Notes under the pieces: generated by a model
Told to the model about the DNA's origin: nothing
Database searches by the model: none
The model's input: only the letters and a program-made list of their open reading frames with translations
Part shown: one piece after another, positions 30,228 to 40,021 of the stretch
Position numbering within the stretch: the stretch's first letter is position 1
Layout of the letters: every line of letters starts with the position of its first letter
Source of the DNA: Deinococcales bacterium
GTDB taxonomy: Bacteria; Deinococcota; Deinococci; Deinococcales; JAAFIG01
Length of the DNA: 64,000 nucleotides
Direction of reading: 5' to 3'
Assembly (NCBI GenBank): GCA_031414595.1
Contig: JANNVX010000001.1
Span: forward strand, 1 to 64,000
Program-made: the position numbers and the translations under genes

Positions 30228-30331
30228 GGCTCGAGTTTAGCATTCTAAGTATCTCACGCTGGAATGAGAGAATTGACGTTTTTCTGGAAATTCTAAAATG
30301 AAAGCGTGAGATACGTTGCCCTTACTCCTTT

Positions 30332-30461
30332 TCTTGACCACATACGCGCACCTGTCTTGCACCTAAAACATGACCCCTAAAGCAGCACCTTCTTGACCCC
30401 TAAAGCAGCACCTATCGGGCTTGGGTCGCTTCGGGCTTGGTGCGCTTCGGGCGTGGTCGCT
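30332..30461. repeat. Composite tandem repeats (about 23-bp TCTTGA...GCACCT units, then three about 16-bp TCGGGCTTGGGTCGCT units)
   Basis: Read directly; first unit matches the repeat at 38608-38676. Confidence 0.75.
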
Positions 30462-30741
30462 TGGTCCGAAATGGTTTAGGAAAAAAACTCTAAAACATTT
30501 CAGGGTTGTACTTAACAGCGAAGCACCCCATGGCACGTTTGGTTTATGACACAAGTGAAACACCTGACAAAAGCCTGACTAAACACTGTAGTTTTGGCTT
30601 CTAAAATCAGTATGCTTCTGGTTTTTTGTTTCACTGAACAACAAAAAAACCTGACTCGAAATTGACAAAGGCAAGTTACATTCATTCCGAAAGCGGCAAA
30701 ATCAACATTGCTGTAGTAGTAAAACCTTCGGAGGTAAGACC

Positions 30742-32250
30742 ATGAATCGTAGACAAGTGATTAAATCAAGCGTTTTGGCTGGTGTAGCCAGTGCATTGGC
30801 AAGCCAAACTGCCCAAGCCCAAAGCAATGACCCAGCCATCATCAATAAAGCCCGTAATGTCATTTTGTTTGCTTATGACGGCTTTGGCTGGGATGATTAT
30901 GCGATTGCCCAGTTTTATGCCCGTCGGGTTTTGGGTCGCCCACTCGCCCTCGAGCGCTTGCTCAAAACCAGCCCAAACGGGCTTCAGAACACCAACAGCC
31001 TGACTGCTTTTGTGACCGAATCATCAGCCGCCGGCAATGCTTGGAGTACAGGTGTCAAAACCGTCAATGGTGGCGTAGCAATGCACATTGATGGCACAAA
31101 ACTGACTCCAATTTTTGCTTCGGCAAAACAAATGGGTAAAGCTGTCGGTTTAGTGACCACAGCCACCGTGACCCATGCCACTCCAGCCACTTTTATCATC
31201 AATAACCCAGACCGCAATGCCGAAGAATTGATCGCCGAGCAGTACCTCGAGTTTGGCGCAGATGTTTACCTCGGTGGTGGAAGCCGCTTCTTTGACGCTG
31301 CTGTGCGCCGTGACAAAAAAGACCTTTATGCTGCCTTTGCTGCCAAAGGCTATGGCGTGGTCAAAACCAAAGCCGAACTGATGAATTCAAACGCTTCAAA
31401 ATTACTCGGTATTTTCTCGAGCAGCCATGTGCCTTATGAAATTGATCGTCGTTTCCAAAGCGTAGACGCACCAAGCCTAAACGACATGACCAAAAAAGCC
31501 TTGCCGATTCTGGCAGCCAGCAAAAACGGTTTTGTATTGCAAGTCGAGGCGGCTCGGATTGACCACGCTGGACACTTAAACGACGCGGCTGCCCTGATGT
31601 GGGACATCATCGCCGCTGACGAAGCCCTCGAGACGCTGATGGCATTTGTAGACCAGAACCCAGATACAATCTTGATTCTTGGGTCTGACCACGCTTGTGG
31701 CAATGGCGCACTATATGGCGCTGGTGGAACTTACCGCGCCTCGAGTAAGGGTATTGATTTGCTGGCAAACCAAAAAGGTAGCCTCGAGTTAATCCAAGCC
31801 CGTCTTGGTGCAACCCCAACCGTTGATCAAGTCAGCGAAATCTACCGCACCGTTAAAGGCATGGCAATCACTCCAGTCCAAGCCCAAATCGTGGTGGATG
31901 CAATCACTAAGCGTGTCTTTTTGCCTGACAGCGTGCGCTACAGTGTTCAACCCAGCAATACGCTGGCTTGGGTGATGAACCAAACTGACATCGCCAATCC
32001 AGACCGCCCAAACATTGGTTTTCACTCGGGTCAGCACACCGCTACCCCAACGATGTTTGCAGTTTACGGTAAGAACCTAGGCACAGCCCGTATTGGTTTA
32101 GTAGACAATACTTATACCTACACCCTGATGGCTCGTTTACTCGGTATTCGCCTCAAAAACCCAGTCATGAGCGAACAAGAAGCCTTGGCAATTCTTGCCC
32201 CCAAGACCCTGACCGCCATTTATCATCCGGCCGATATTATCGCTGGCTAA
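30742..32250 (+). CDS. phoA: Alkaline phosphatase with Tat signal
   Basis: MNRRQVIK; NVILFAYDG, VTESSAAG, THATPA, VEAARIDHAGH, SDH, HT. Confidence 0.9.
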   Translation: MNRRQVIKSSVLAGVASALASQTAQAQSNDPAIINKARNVILFAYDGFGWDDYAIAQFYARRVLGRPLALERLLKTSPNGLQNTNSLTAFVTESSAAGNAWSTGVKTVNGGVAMHIDGTKLTPIFASAKQMGKAVGLVTTATVTHATPATFIINNPDRNAEELIAEQYLEFGADVYLGGGSRFFDAAVRRDKKDLYAAFAAKGYGVVKTKAELMNSNASKLLGIFSSSHVPYEIDRRFQSVDAPSLNDMTKKALPILAASKNGFVLQVEAARIDHAGHLNDAAALMWDIIAADEALETLMAFVDQNPDTILILGSDHACGNGALYGAGGTYRASSKGIDLLANQKGSLELIQARLGATPTVDQVSEIYRTVKGMAITPVQAQIVVDAITKRVFLPDSVRYSVQPSNTLAWVMNQTDIANPDRPNIGFHSGQHTATPTMFAVYGKNLGTARIGLVDNTYTYTLMARLLGIRLKNPVMSEQEALAILAPKTLTAIYHPADIIAG

Positions 32251-32267
32251 AAAGCCGTTTTAGTTTG

Positions 32268-32291
32268 AGGGAAGGCATTGCCTTCCCTTTT
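32268..32291 (+). terminator. Hairpin/terminator after the phosphatase gene
   Basis: AGGGAAGGCA-T-TGCCTTCCCT followed by TTT. Confidence 0.6.
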
Positions 32292-32311
32292 AGCATTGAG
32301 GGAGGTCGGTT

Positions 32312-32746
32312 ATGAATCGTAGAGAAGTGCTTGGTGCAGGGGTAGCAATGGCTGTGACCAGCCAAGCCTTGGCGCAAAGTGTGCCTCGGGTTAAAATTAT
32401 AGAACTCGAGAAACTATCAAAAGATTGGGATGACGCAGAATTCAAGTTCCAAGGCGAAGCCTGTGTTCTGGTGCGTGTGCCTGCGCCAAAGCAAACCAAT
32501 GCTCGGTTGTTTGAGCATCAAAAAGTGTTTTACAGTGCCTACAGCCGCACTTGTACCCACAATGGTTGCATTTCCCAGTTGCCCAATGGTTTACGGCAAC
32601 TCGAGTGTGGATGTCACGGCAGTGCTTTTAACGCCTTGGATGGTAGCGTGATAATGGGTCCTGCCAGTCGTGCTTTACGGGCTGTCAAACTCGAGGTTGA
32701 AGCGGGTAACTTTTATGCTGTAGCATGGCTGATTGATCAAAAATAA
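32312..32746 (+). CDS. Tat-exported Rieske 2Fe-2S protein
   Basis: MNRREVL; CTHNGC...CGCHGSAF; GPA. Confidence 0.87.
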   Translation: MNRREVLGAGVAMAVTSQALAQSVPRVKIIELEKLSKDWDDAEFKFQGEACVLVRVPAPKQTNARLFEHQKVFYSAYSRTCTHNGCISQLPNGLRQLECGCHGSAFNALDGSVIMGPASRALRAVKLEVEAGNFYAVAWLIDQK

Positions 32747-32890
32747 ACTCTTACTTTGCGTAGATGGTGTATCACGCCCAAATGTGCTATCCAACAAGAA
32801 AACTGATGGTCGCACCATGAGGACTTTAATAGATTTTAAGGCATGACAAGGGTGTTGGTTGCCCTTGTCGTTTTCGTTACAATACTTTCC

Positions 32891-33007
32891 ATGCTCAATG
32901 CCAAACTTGAGGAAGTCCAACAAGCTGAAAATCAGAGTGTGTTGTCAGAACACCCAGACCTCGAGTACGCCAATGCTTTTGTTTTGTCGTTGTATGGGAA
33001 TGTCTGA
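32891..33007 (+). CDS. Putative 38-aa leaderless small protein MLNAKLEEVQQAENQSVLSEHPDLEYANAFVLSLYGNV
   Basis: TACAAT 7 nt before the ATG; TGA overlaps the next ATG (TGATG). Confidence 0.5.
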   Translation: MLNAKLEEVQQAENQSVLSEHPDLEYANAFVLSLYGNV

Positions 33008-34347
33008 TGCAAAATCAATTATTAAAAACCATTCAAACCCTGCAAGGCGAAATTTACTTGGTTGGCGGCTCAGTCCGTGACACGATGCTGGGTTTGCCTG
33101 TTAAAGATGCCGATTATATTGTCACGGGGATTGATTTTTTAACCCTAAGAACCAATCTCGAGACTTGGGCGCGAGTAGATGTGGTCGGGGCAAGTTTTGG
33201 AGTCTTAAAAGTCACCTACAATGACCTCACTGTAGACGTGGCATTACCACGCACCGAACGCAGTACAGGGATTCATCACCGAGATTTTGAAGTCACCTTT
33301 AACCCAAGTCTGCCTGTTGAAGCCGACCTCGCAAGGCGTGATTTTACGGTCAATGCCATGGCGGTGCGTTTGCGTGACCAAGTGCTGATAGACCCTTTTA
33401 ACGGTCAATCTGACCTCAAGCAGAAAAAATTGTGTGCAGTTGGTAACGCCACCGAGCGTTTTTCCGAAGACCCATTGCGGATGTTGCGCTTAGCCCGATT
33501 TGTGGCAAAACTTGGTTTTACCGTGGATGCCCAAACCCTAAACGCCACTCGAGAACTTGCCCCTTTGGTCTCGAGTGTTGCACCCGAACGAATTCAAAAC
33601 GAATTACTGGGTTTACTGAACTGCCAAAATAATCTACTCCCTGCGCTGCGTTTACTGCGTGACACGGGTTTACTCGAGCAAATCATGCCAGAGTACACGG
33701 TCTGTTTTGGGTTTGACCAACAAAATCCGTATCACCATTTAAGTTTAGATGAACACATGTTCCAAACCGTGGTTTTTGCGGCTGAGTCCAGTGCCGAAGT
33801 CAAACTGGCAGCTTTGCTACATGACATTGGTAAACCTGCCACCCAAGTTTTTAGCGATGATGGTGTGGCACATTATTATCACCATGAAACTCGAGGGGCG
33901 GACATTACAAAAAGTATTTTACTGCGCTTGAAATGCTCGAACGACCTGCTTGAGATGGTGGTTAAATTGGTGCGTCATCACATGCGCCCACCGATTCCAA
34001 GCAGCCACAAAGCCCTTAGAAAATTTGTCAATGACCTTGGGATTTATGCCGCATCTGCCCTCGAGTTACGCCGTGCAGACCGCTTGGCGCATGCCCCAGA
34101 ACTGACGTGGAACGCGGATTTTTGGATCAAAGAAACCATGCGGCGTTGTGCGGATTTTCCACCAGACCTAGAAACTTTTGACGAACGCGAATTAGCTGTC
34201 AGTGGCTTAGAATTGATAGACCGTTTTGGTTTGGTTGGCTCGCAGATTGGTGCGGCTAAAAAAGCGGCTGCCAACGCGATTATTGAAGGTGACTTGGAGA
34301 ATGAAAAAACGGCAATTTTAGCTTGGCTCGAGACGAATCGTTTCTAA
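33007..34347 (+). CDS. tRNA nucleotidyltransferase (CCA/poly(A) polymerase family) with HD domain
   Basis: YLVGGSVRD..KDAD, RRDFTVNAM, EDPLRMLR, APERI, LLHDIGK. Confidence 0.92.
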   Translation: MQNQLLKTIQTLQGEIYLVGGSVRDTMLGLPVKDADYIVTGIDFLTLRTNLETWARVDVVGASFGVLKVTYNDLTVDVALPRTERSTGIHHRDFEVTFNPSLPVEADLARRDFTVNAMAVRLRDQVLIDPFNGQSDLKQKKLCAVGNATERFSEDPLRMLRLARFVAKLGFTVDAQTLNATRELAPLVSSVAPERIQNELLGLLNCQNNLLPALRLLRDTGLLEQIMPEYTVCFGFDQQNPYHHLSLDEHMFQTVVFAAESSAEVKLAALLHDIGKPATQVFSDDGVAHYYHHETRGADITKSILLRLKCSNDLLEMVVKLVRHHMRPPIPSSHKALRKFVNDLGIYAASALELRRADRLAHAPELTWNADFWIKETMRRCADFPPDLETFDERELAVSGLELIDRFGLVGSQIGAAKKAAANAIIEGDLENEKTAILAWLETNRF

Positions 34348-34381
34348 GCCTAGGGTACATACTGTCATTTTGCCAAAAATC

Positions 34382-34406
34382 GTAGGGATGAGGCATGCCT
34401 CATCCC
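34382..34406. repeat. REP-like palindrome
   Basis: GTAGGGATGAGGCATGCCTCATCCC between convergent genes. Confidence 0.5.
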
Positions 34407-34421
34407 ATGATTGTTAAAACT

Positions 34422-35375
34422 TTAGAATTGGAAAGCGGCTGGCACAAATTCGTAGCCGCCAAAGTTGCGTCTGCGGATGTAGCCGACCCCCGGGAATGGG
34501 AAGTGATAACCCGTGACCAGCATTCTTTCGGCGGCTACTCGACGGAATAAACTGGCTCGAGTCTTAACTGCCATTGGCTTGTCGGTGTCAAAGCCGAGGT
34601 AAGCACTTGGGTAGTTAAGGCTGAGTAAAAAGTGTCCGGCTGCGTCGCCCATAATCATCATTTGGGCTGTACCACTCGAGACCAAGACACTTTGATGCCC
34701 GAGGGTGTGTCCAGGTGAACCTACGGTGCTAAGTCCGGGGACGATTTCCACACCATCACGAATTAATTTCAGTTTTTCGCTTTGCGAGACGATATTTTTA
34801 GTAATTCCAGCCCCAACTACGCCTGTAGCGGGTTTGGTCCAGAAGGTGTGTTCGGTTTCGCCAGCAATAATTTGGGCTTTCGGGAAAATCGCTTGGGTTT
34901 GAGCGTTGGTCAAACCGTTGATATGGTCGCCGTGGAAGTGTGTCAGGTAAACCGTGTCAATGTCTTCGGGCTTATAACCAGCCAGTGCTAAGTGGTTCAG
35001 TAAACGCCCCGTTGGAGCGTTGGCGTTGACACCATTACCAGAGTCAATCAGGACTTTGTTTTTGCCAGTGTCCACCAACACAGGATGGAAATTATTACGA
35101 ACTGCTGCCACATCAATATAATTGGCTTTTAGGGTGGCTTTGAATTCGTCTTGCAATTCTGGATTCGCGCCCCAGTTGGGTAGCAATGCCGCAGGGTTGC
35201 CTTGTCCATCGGACAGCACCACGACTGTAAATTCCCCAACCTTAATGCGGTTAAAACCCGCACCGTTTGGAATCACTAGGTTGCTTTGTGCGTTGCTCAC
35301 GCTTACCCCACCAATGGTTGCGACTGCGCTTGCCAAGCCAAGTGTTTTTAATGCCTCACGTCTCGAGATGCCCAT
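34422..35375 (-). CDS. MBL-fold metallo-hydrolase with Tat signal
   Basis: SRREALK; THFHGDH, PGHTLGH, GD, YHFPFPG. Confidence 0.9.
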   Translation of the reverse strand: MGISRREALKTLGLASAVATIGGVSVSNAQSNLVIPNGAGFNRIKVGEFTVVVLSDGQGNPAALLPNWGANPELQDEFKATLKANYIDVAAVRNNFHPVLVDTGKNKVLIDSGNGVNANAPTGRLLNHLALAGYKPEDIDTVYLTHFHGDHINGLTNAQTQAIFPKAQIIAGETEHTFWTKPATGVVGAGITKNIVSQSEKLKLIRDGVEIVPGLSTVGSPGHTLGHQSVLVSSGTAQMMIMGDAAGHFLLSLNYPSAYLGFDTDKPMAVKTRASLFRRVAAERMLVTGYHFPFPGVGYIRRRNFGGYEFVPAAFQF

Positions 35376-35470
35376 AATTAGCTCCTTTTGTTTCCTCTAA
35401 GAAGCTACTTGAGATAGACTTATTGTACAGCTTTACAGAATACCTCAAACCTGTGTATCACCTTACAAAA

Positions 35471-36025
35471 TTATGGTCTCGAGTCAAGAATTGGTAATTG
35501 CTGCATAACTGCAATTTCAATTTTGGGTTGCCCATGACTAAAAGCCGCTACGCGCCCATGTGGTTTTCCACCAGCCCGTAAAATCATCTTCTCGAGCGAG
35601 GCAATTGTGCCGCCACTGGCAACCACATCCAGCACAATCGTAACGTTTTTACCGCGCAAGTTAGCAGCGTGTCGTAAATCCAACCACAGGGTTTCGCCCA
35701 CCCCTAAAGTCATGCTTTGGACATCTTGAATAATCGGGTCGTGCATGTACGGACGACGGCGTTTACGCGCCACTTCATACGGTAAGTTCATCATTTCGGC
35801 TAAAGAATGCACATAAGGAATACTCGAGGTTTCGCAAGTAAACAGCACTTGAGTCCCTTCAGGAATCAGCGCAACCGTAGCCGCCGCAGCCGCTCGAGCC
35901 AATTGAGTATCGCCCAGAAATTCCACCAAGGGCAATCGGGTGGTTGGCGTTGGACGCACCAAGGGCAATTCACGACTCAAGTCCCCAATGATGAGGGTGA
36001 AGGTTTCGGTCGGTGTGGCAGTCAT
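35471..36025 (-). CDS. Adenine phosphoribosyltransferase homolog (degenerate PRPP motif)
   Basis: ARKRRRPYM; VLDVVASGGT instead of IDDV..TGGT. Confidence 0.8.
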   Translation of the reverse strand: MTATPTETFTLIIGDLSRELPLVRPTPTTRLPLVEFLGDTQLARAAAAATVALIPEGTQVLFTCETSSIPYVHSLAEMMNLPYEVARKRRRPYMHDPIIQDVQSMTLGVGETLWLDLRHAANLRGKNVTIVLDVVASGGTIASLEKMILRAGGKPHGRVAAFSHGQPKIEIAVMQQLPILDSRP

Positions 36026-36086
36026 GATGAACTCCTTTTTGAGCTTTGAAATATATGTCTCGAGCTTGCAAAAACTGCTCTGTGCC

Positions 36087-36620
36087 TCACTCTAAATACA
36101 ACGGTAAATGCCCAAGAGCAATCACGTCGTCTCGAGGGTCGCCTTCGGTAAAAACCGCCAAAGTAGCATCCACTGAACCGCCAATATCGGTGATTAGGGC
36201 GCTTAAACTGCGGAGTGTGCCGCCGGTACTAACAACATCATCTATGACAGCAACACGCTTATTTTTTATTTTTGGAATGTCAAAACCGTCAATCACCAAA
36301 AGTTGTGGTTTGCCTGTGGTAATGCTCAGCACTTCTCGAGTCACAGGTTGGTGCATATAGGGTTTCTGGGTTTTACGCGCCACGATATACGGAATACCAA
36401 GGATTCTCGAGATGACATGGGCAAGGGTCACGGCTTTGACTTCTGGTGTGACCAGCACCTCAATACCTTTGGGCAGCAGGGCAGCCAAGGCTTTGCCAGC
36501 TTCTTCGGTCAGTTCGGTATCGCCAAGTAAATTAAGCAATGCCACCGACACGCCGGGGGCGACGCTAATGACTGGGAGTTCACGATGCAATGAGCCAATT
36601 TGAACAGGATGGGTTTTCAC
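36087..36620 (-). CDS. apt: Adenine phosphoribosyltransferase
   Basis: [20 protein letters not shown]. Confidence 0.8.
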   Translation of the reverse strand: MKTHPVQIGSLHRELPVISVAPGVSVALLNLLGDTELTEEAGKALAALLPKGIEVLVTPEVKAVTLAHVISRILGIPYIVARKTQKPYMHQPVTREVLSITTGKPQLLVIDGFDIPKIKNKRVAVIDDVVSTGGTLRSLSALITDIGGSVDATLAVFTEGDPRDDVIALGHLPLYLE

Positions 36621-36679
36621 GATTTTGTATTGTACCGCGTTTGACTCGAAAACGCTTTAGTCGCGTAATCGCATTCGCT

Positions 36680-37621
36680 TTAGTCGCGTAATTTCTTGGC
36701 GGCTTCAATTAGGGCTGGCATAATCGCATGTAAATCACCAATGATTCCGTAATCAGCCACCTTAAAAATCGGCGCTTCGGCATCTTTATTGATTGCCACG
36801 ATGTTCTTGGATTTTCCCATGCCCGATAAGTGCTGCACCGCCCCAGAGACACCAACGGCAATGTAGGCGTTTGGCTGTACCGTTTTGCCAGTCTGCCCGA
36901 CTTGTTCGCCGTAAGGTCGCCACCCTGCGTCCACGGCGGCTCGAGTAGCACCAACCCCCGCCCCAAGCACATCGGCAAGGCTTTCGATTAAAGCAAAGTT
37001 CTCTGGTGAACCCAGTCCGCGCCCGCCCGTCACCACCAGACTGGCTTCGGTTAGGGCAACTCGAGATGTTTTCTCGACGGTGCGCCCCAAGACAGTGACT
37101 CCACTGGCAGTTAGCTCGAGTTTAACTTCAAAAATTTCGCCCGCGCTGCTGTTTGCTTCCGCCACCACTTGGGTGTTGGGTTTAACGCTGCACACCACAA
37201 TCGGAGCAATTGCCTCGAGGGTTTCTGTGACCCGAGCCAGATAAGCATAATGCTGAATTTGCAAACCGCCTTCGATATTGGTGAGTACAGTCGCATCCTC
37301 GAGATACGGAGCATCTAAGCGCACAGCTACCCGAGGCGCGATTTCACGTCCGCCTCGAGAACCTGCCATCAGTACCAAAGTCGCTTCGGCTTGTTCGCTC
37401 AGGTCGCTCACAGCTTGCGCCATATTTTTTGCACCGACTAGCAGTGCATCTTCGCAAACCAGCACTTGACTGGCATACTGGGCGGCTTGGAGTGCCACAC
37501 CGCCAGCCCCAGTCCCAAGCAGCACCGCCGTTACACTGTCCTCGAGTCGTTGGGCTGCCCCTAGAATCTCGAGCGCACTTTTTTTAAGTTTTGTATCAAA
37601 TTCGCAAACAACTAAAATCAT
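36680..37621 (-). CDS. etfA: Electron transfer flavoprotein alpha subunit
   Basis: [33 protein letters not shown]. Confidence 0.95.
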   Translation of the reverse strand: MILVVCEFDTKLKKSALEILGAAQRLEDSVTAVLLGTGAGGVALQAAQYASQVLVCEDALLVGAKNMAQAVSDLSEQAEATLVLMAGSRGGREIAPRVAVRLDAPYLEDATVLTNIEGGLQIQHYAYLARVTETLEAIAPIVVCSVKPNTQVVAEANSSAGEIFEVKLELTASGVTVLGRTVEKTSRVALTEASLVVTGGRGLGSPENFALIESLADVLGAGVGATRAAVDAGWRPYGEQVGQTGKTVQPNAYIAVGVSGAVQHLSGMGKSKNIVAINKDAEAPIFKVADYGIIGDLHAIMPALIEAAKKLRD

Positions 37622-37636
37622 GTCGGTCTCCTTTTT

Positions 37637-37685
37637 AGCTTCTAGTCTTTAGCTAATAACTAGCAGCTAGTAGCTACTAGCTCTA
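37637..37685. repeat. Seven degenerate heptamer tandem repeats (AGCTANT-like)
   Basis: agcttct agtcttt agctaat aactagc agctagt agctact agctcta. Confidence 0.6.
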
Positions 37686-38435
37686 AATCACTTTGGCTTC
37701 TTCGTGTAGCAACCTAATCAATTCATTTGCTGCCGTTACTGGGTCTTTGCCGTCAAGCAATTTATTTAAGCGTGGGCGTTCTTGAATTTCTTGGGAAACA
37801 ATTCGCACTTTGCTGTTGGTAATGCCGTACTGCTCGGGGGTGGTTTTGCGAATTTCTTTTTTCTTGGCTTTCATGATGTTTGGTAAAGTCGGGTAACGCG
37901 GTTCATTCAGCCCTTGTTGGGTGGTGATAATCGCAGGTAATGCCAGTTCAAGGCTTTCTTTGCCATCGTCGGTGTCATGGGTGGCTTTGGCGATACCATC
38001 GGCAAGGGTCAGTTCGGTTGTCCATGTAATCTGATTCCAGCCCAAGGCTTCGGCTAAGGCTGCACCAAGGGCTTGCGAGTCGGTATCGGCGTGTTGCCCA
38101 CCAACAAAAACCAAGTCTGGGGCTTCCTCGAGAACCACGGCTTTGAGGATTTGGGCTTGCGAAACCACATCAAGCAGCAAATCGGTTTCGATATGAACGG
38201 CTCGCTCGAGTCCCATGGCGAGACTGCGGCGAATTGCATCTTCAAAACGGGTATTGCCAAGGGCGACCGCAACCGTGTTTGCACCGCCTTCGTTGATACG
38301 AAGAGCCTGTTCGACCCCGTATTCATCCATGCCGTCGAGCGCCATGGTTGCCCCGTCTAGGTCAACTTTGCCTAAAGCGGCTTTGACTTTGGCTTCTGCA
38401 TCTGGAACTTGTCTGATTAAGCAAAGAATTTTCAT
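37683..38435 (-). CDS. etfB: Electron transfer flavoprotein beta subunit
   Basis: QVPD, DEYGVEQAL, NEPRYPTL..IMKAKKK. Confidence 0.95.
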   Translation of the reverse strand: MKILCLIRQVPDAEAKVKAALGKVDLDGATMALDGMDEYGVEQALRINEGGANTVAVALGNTRFEDAIRRSLAMGLERAVHIETDLLLDVVSQAQILKAVVLEEAPDLVFVGGQHADTDSQALGAALAEALGWNQITWTTELTLADGIAKATHDTDDGKESLELALPAIITTQQGLNEPRYPTLPNIMKAKKKEIRKTTPEQYGITNSKVRIVSQEIQERPRLNKLLDGKDPVTAANELIRLLHEEAKVI

Positions 38436-38570
38436 TCTGTCTCTCCTTTTGGGACTATATTTATACTCGGTCTAAAAATAATACAAATAAAACCACCTCG
38501 AAATTGTCCCACAAAAAATTCGCAGTGTCTTTTCAGAGTGTACTCGAGACCAAAGAACTATTGAAAAAAC

Positions 38571-38602
38571 AAAAAGGTGAAGTCAACAACCTTCACCTTT
38601 TT
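38571..38602. terminator. Intrinsic terminator
   Basis: AAAAAGGTGAAG-N8-CTTCACCTTTTT. Confidence 0.75.
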
Positions 38603-38607
38603 GCCTC

Positions 38608-38676
38608 GTCTTGAACCCATACATGCACTTGTCTTGAACCCATACGCGCACCTGTCTTGAACCCATACGCGCACCT
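38608..38676. repeat. Three tandem 23-bp repeats GTCTTGAACCCATACGCGCACCT
   Basis: Copies 2 and 3 identical, copy 1 with three changes; no spacers. Confidence 0.85.
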
Positions 38677-38703
38677 GACGGGCGGGTTCGCAACCCTATG
38701 CTT

Positions 38704-39420
38704 TTATCGTGGGATTTGTAATTTCTGACCAACTTTAATTAAGTCTGGGTTGCTGACACCACTGGCTTTAGCAATATCATCAATGTGGTCTAAGTCACCA
38801 AAGTATTTCTGGGAAATCGCACTTAAGGTTTCGCCCGGTTTAACAATGTGGTATTCATCTGGCAAATTGACATAAGCTGGCTTCTTGGCTTCTTCGGCTT
38901 TAACGGCTTCGACGGCTTTTGCTTTGGCGTTCTCGACAATCTCGAGTTCATCGGACATGACACGGTTTGCACCATTTTCTTGGGCAAGTTTAACTGCCAA
39001 GTTAAATTCGTGTTGTGAATCCACCGCCCCACGCAAGACCACACCGTCACCGCTTTGCAGTACAGCAATCGGGTTGTTGTTCAGTTCGGGGTCGGCTTGG
39101 AAGGCAGCAAAGACATTCTTTGCCAGCGCATTGCGCTCAAGGGCTTCTTGAATTGTGGCTTCGTCCACGCTTTCAATTGCACTGGCTTGGGCTTCAGCCG
39201 CAGCCAAAACAGTTACATTAGAAACATCCACACTCTTGATGCCGTTAATACCAATAGGCAATTTAGAAAGCAAATTTTTCATTGAATCATTTGCCACTAC
39301 ACCGTTCCAGTAAACCATCCCGCCACGCTCTGTGAAGGTGATGGATTGATTGGCTAAGAAAGGAAATTTCTTCATTTCATCTTTGATGCTGTCAGTTGCG
39401 CTTTTACCAAATGGCCACAT
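38704..39420 (-). CDS. BON and LysM domain protein
   Basis: VVLRGAVDS; HIVKPGETLSAIS...NPDLIKVGQKLQIP. Confidence 0.87.
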   Translation of the reverse strand: MWPFGKSATDSIKDEMKKFPFLANQSITFTERGGMVYWNGVVANDSMKNLLSKLPIGINGIKSVDVSNVTVLAAAEAQASAIESVDEATIQEALERNALAKNVFAAFQADPELNNNPIAVLQSGDGVVLRGAVDSQHEFNLAVKLAQENGANRVMSDELEIVENAKAKAVEAVKAEEAKKPAYVNLPDEYHIVKPGETLSAISQKYFGDLDHIDDIAKASGVSNPDLIKVGQKLQIPR

Positions 39421-39510
39421 AATGTTCCTCCTGAAGGTTTATTACAACTACACTATAGCGCTTTTTGTCAGCTTTTCACCATCAACTTTGGGTTAGGTAA
39501 AACAATTGGC

Positions 39511-39957
39511 TCAACCCATTTTAATAAACATTTGTGGTTCTATTCCGACCATTCGTGCCATCAACCAAACCTGACCTTTATGGTGTGCTTCGTGCTGAAT
39601 CATAAAATCCACCAAGGAAGCCACGGGCATTTCACGACCGCCAAAGGCTGGCACAACCACCCCAAACGCCTCGTCGGACATTGCGCCAAGCATGGCTTGG
39701 GTGTCGAACAAGGTAGATTTCAGACGTTCAATCGCCCCCGAGAAATCGGCACTTGGTTCAATTGGGTCTGGTTTCACACCCTGCATCATTTTGCCCATGC
39801 GAATACTCGAGCCAGACAAATGATCGGCAAGTCTGGTAAAGGTCATACCACTTTCCCAAGCCTTAAAGTCGGCTTGTTCAGCAGGAATCTTCTCGAGAAG
39901 TTCAATCAAGGCGGCGCGGTGCATGGTGAAACTGCGGGCAAAGTTTTTTCCAGTCAT
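39511..39957 (-). CDS. DinB family protein
   Basis: LADHL...HEAHHKGQ. Confidence 0.85.
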   Translation of the reverse strand: MTGKNFARSFTMHRAALIELLEKIPAEQADFKAWESGMTFTRLADHLSGSSIRMGKMMQGVKPDPIEPSADFSGAIERLKSTLFDTQAMLGAMSDEAFGVVVPAFGGREMPVASLVDFMIQHEAHHKGQVWLMARMVGIEPQMFIKMG

Positions 39958-40021
39958 AGGATTTTATTCTACGTGTTTTCTCAAAGACACACGCCCTGTG
40001 ATTCTCGAGTAGAGTGGTTTT

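Noticed and set aside
30332-30461. CRISPR array or coding ORF 30363..30563
   Set aside because: Degenerate tandem units without spacers; the ORF is a translation of repeats with no RBS.
38608-38676. CRISPR array
   Set aside because: Repeats are directly adjacent with no unique spacers, and there are no cas genes in the window.
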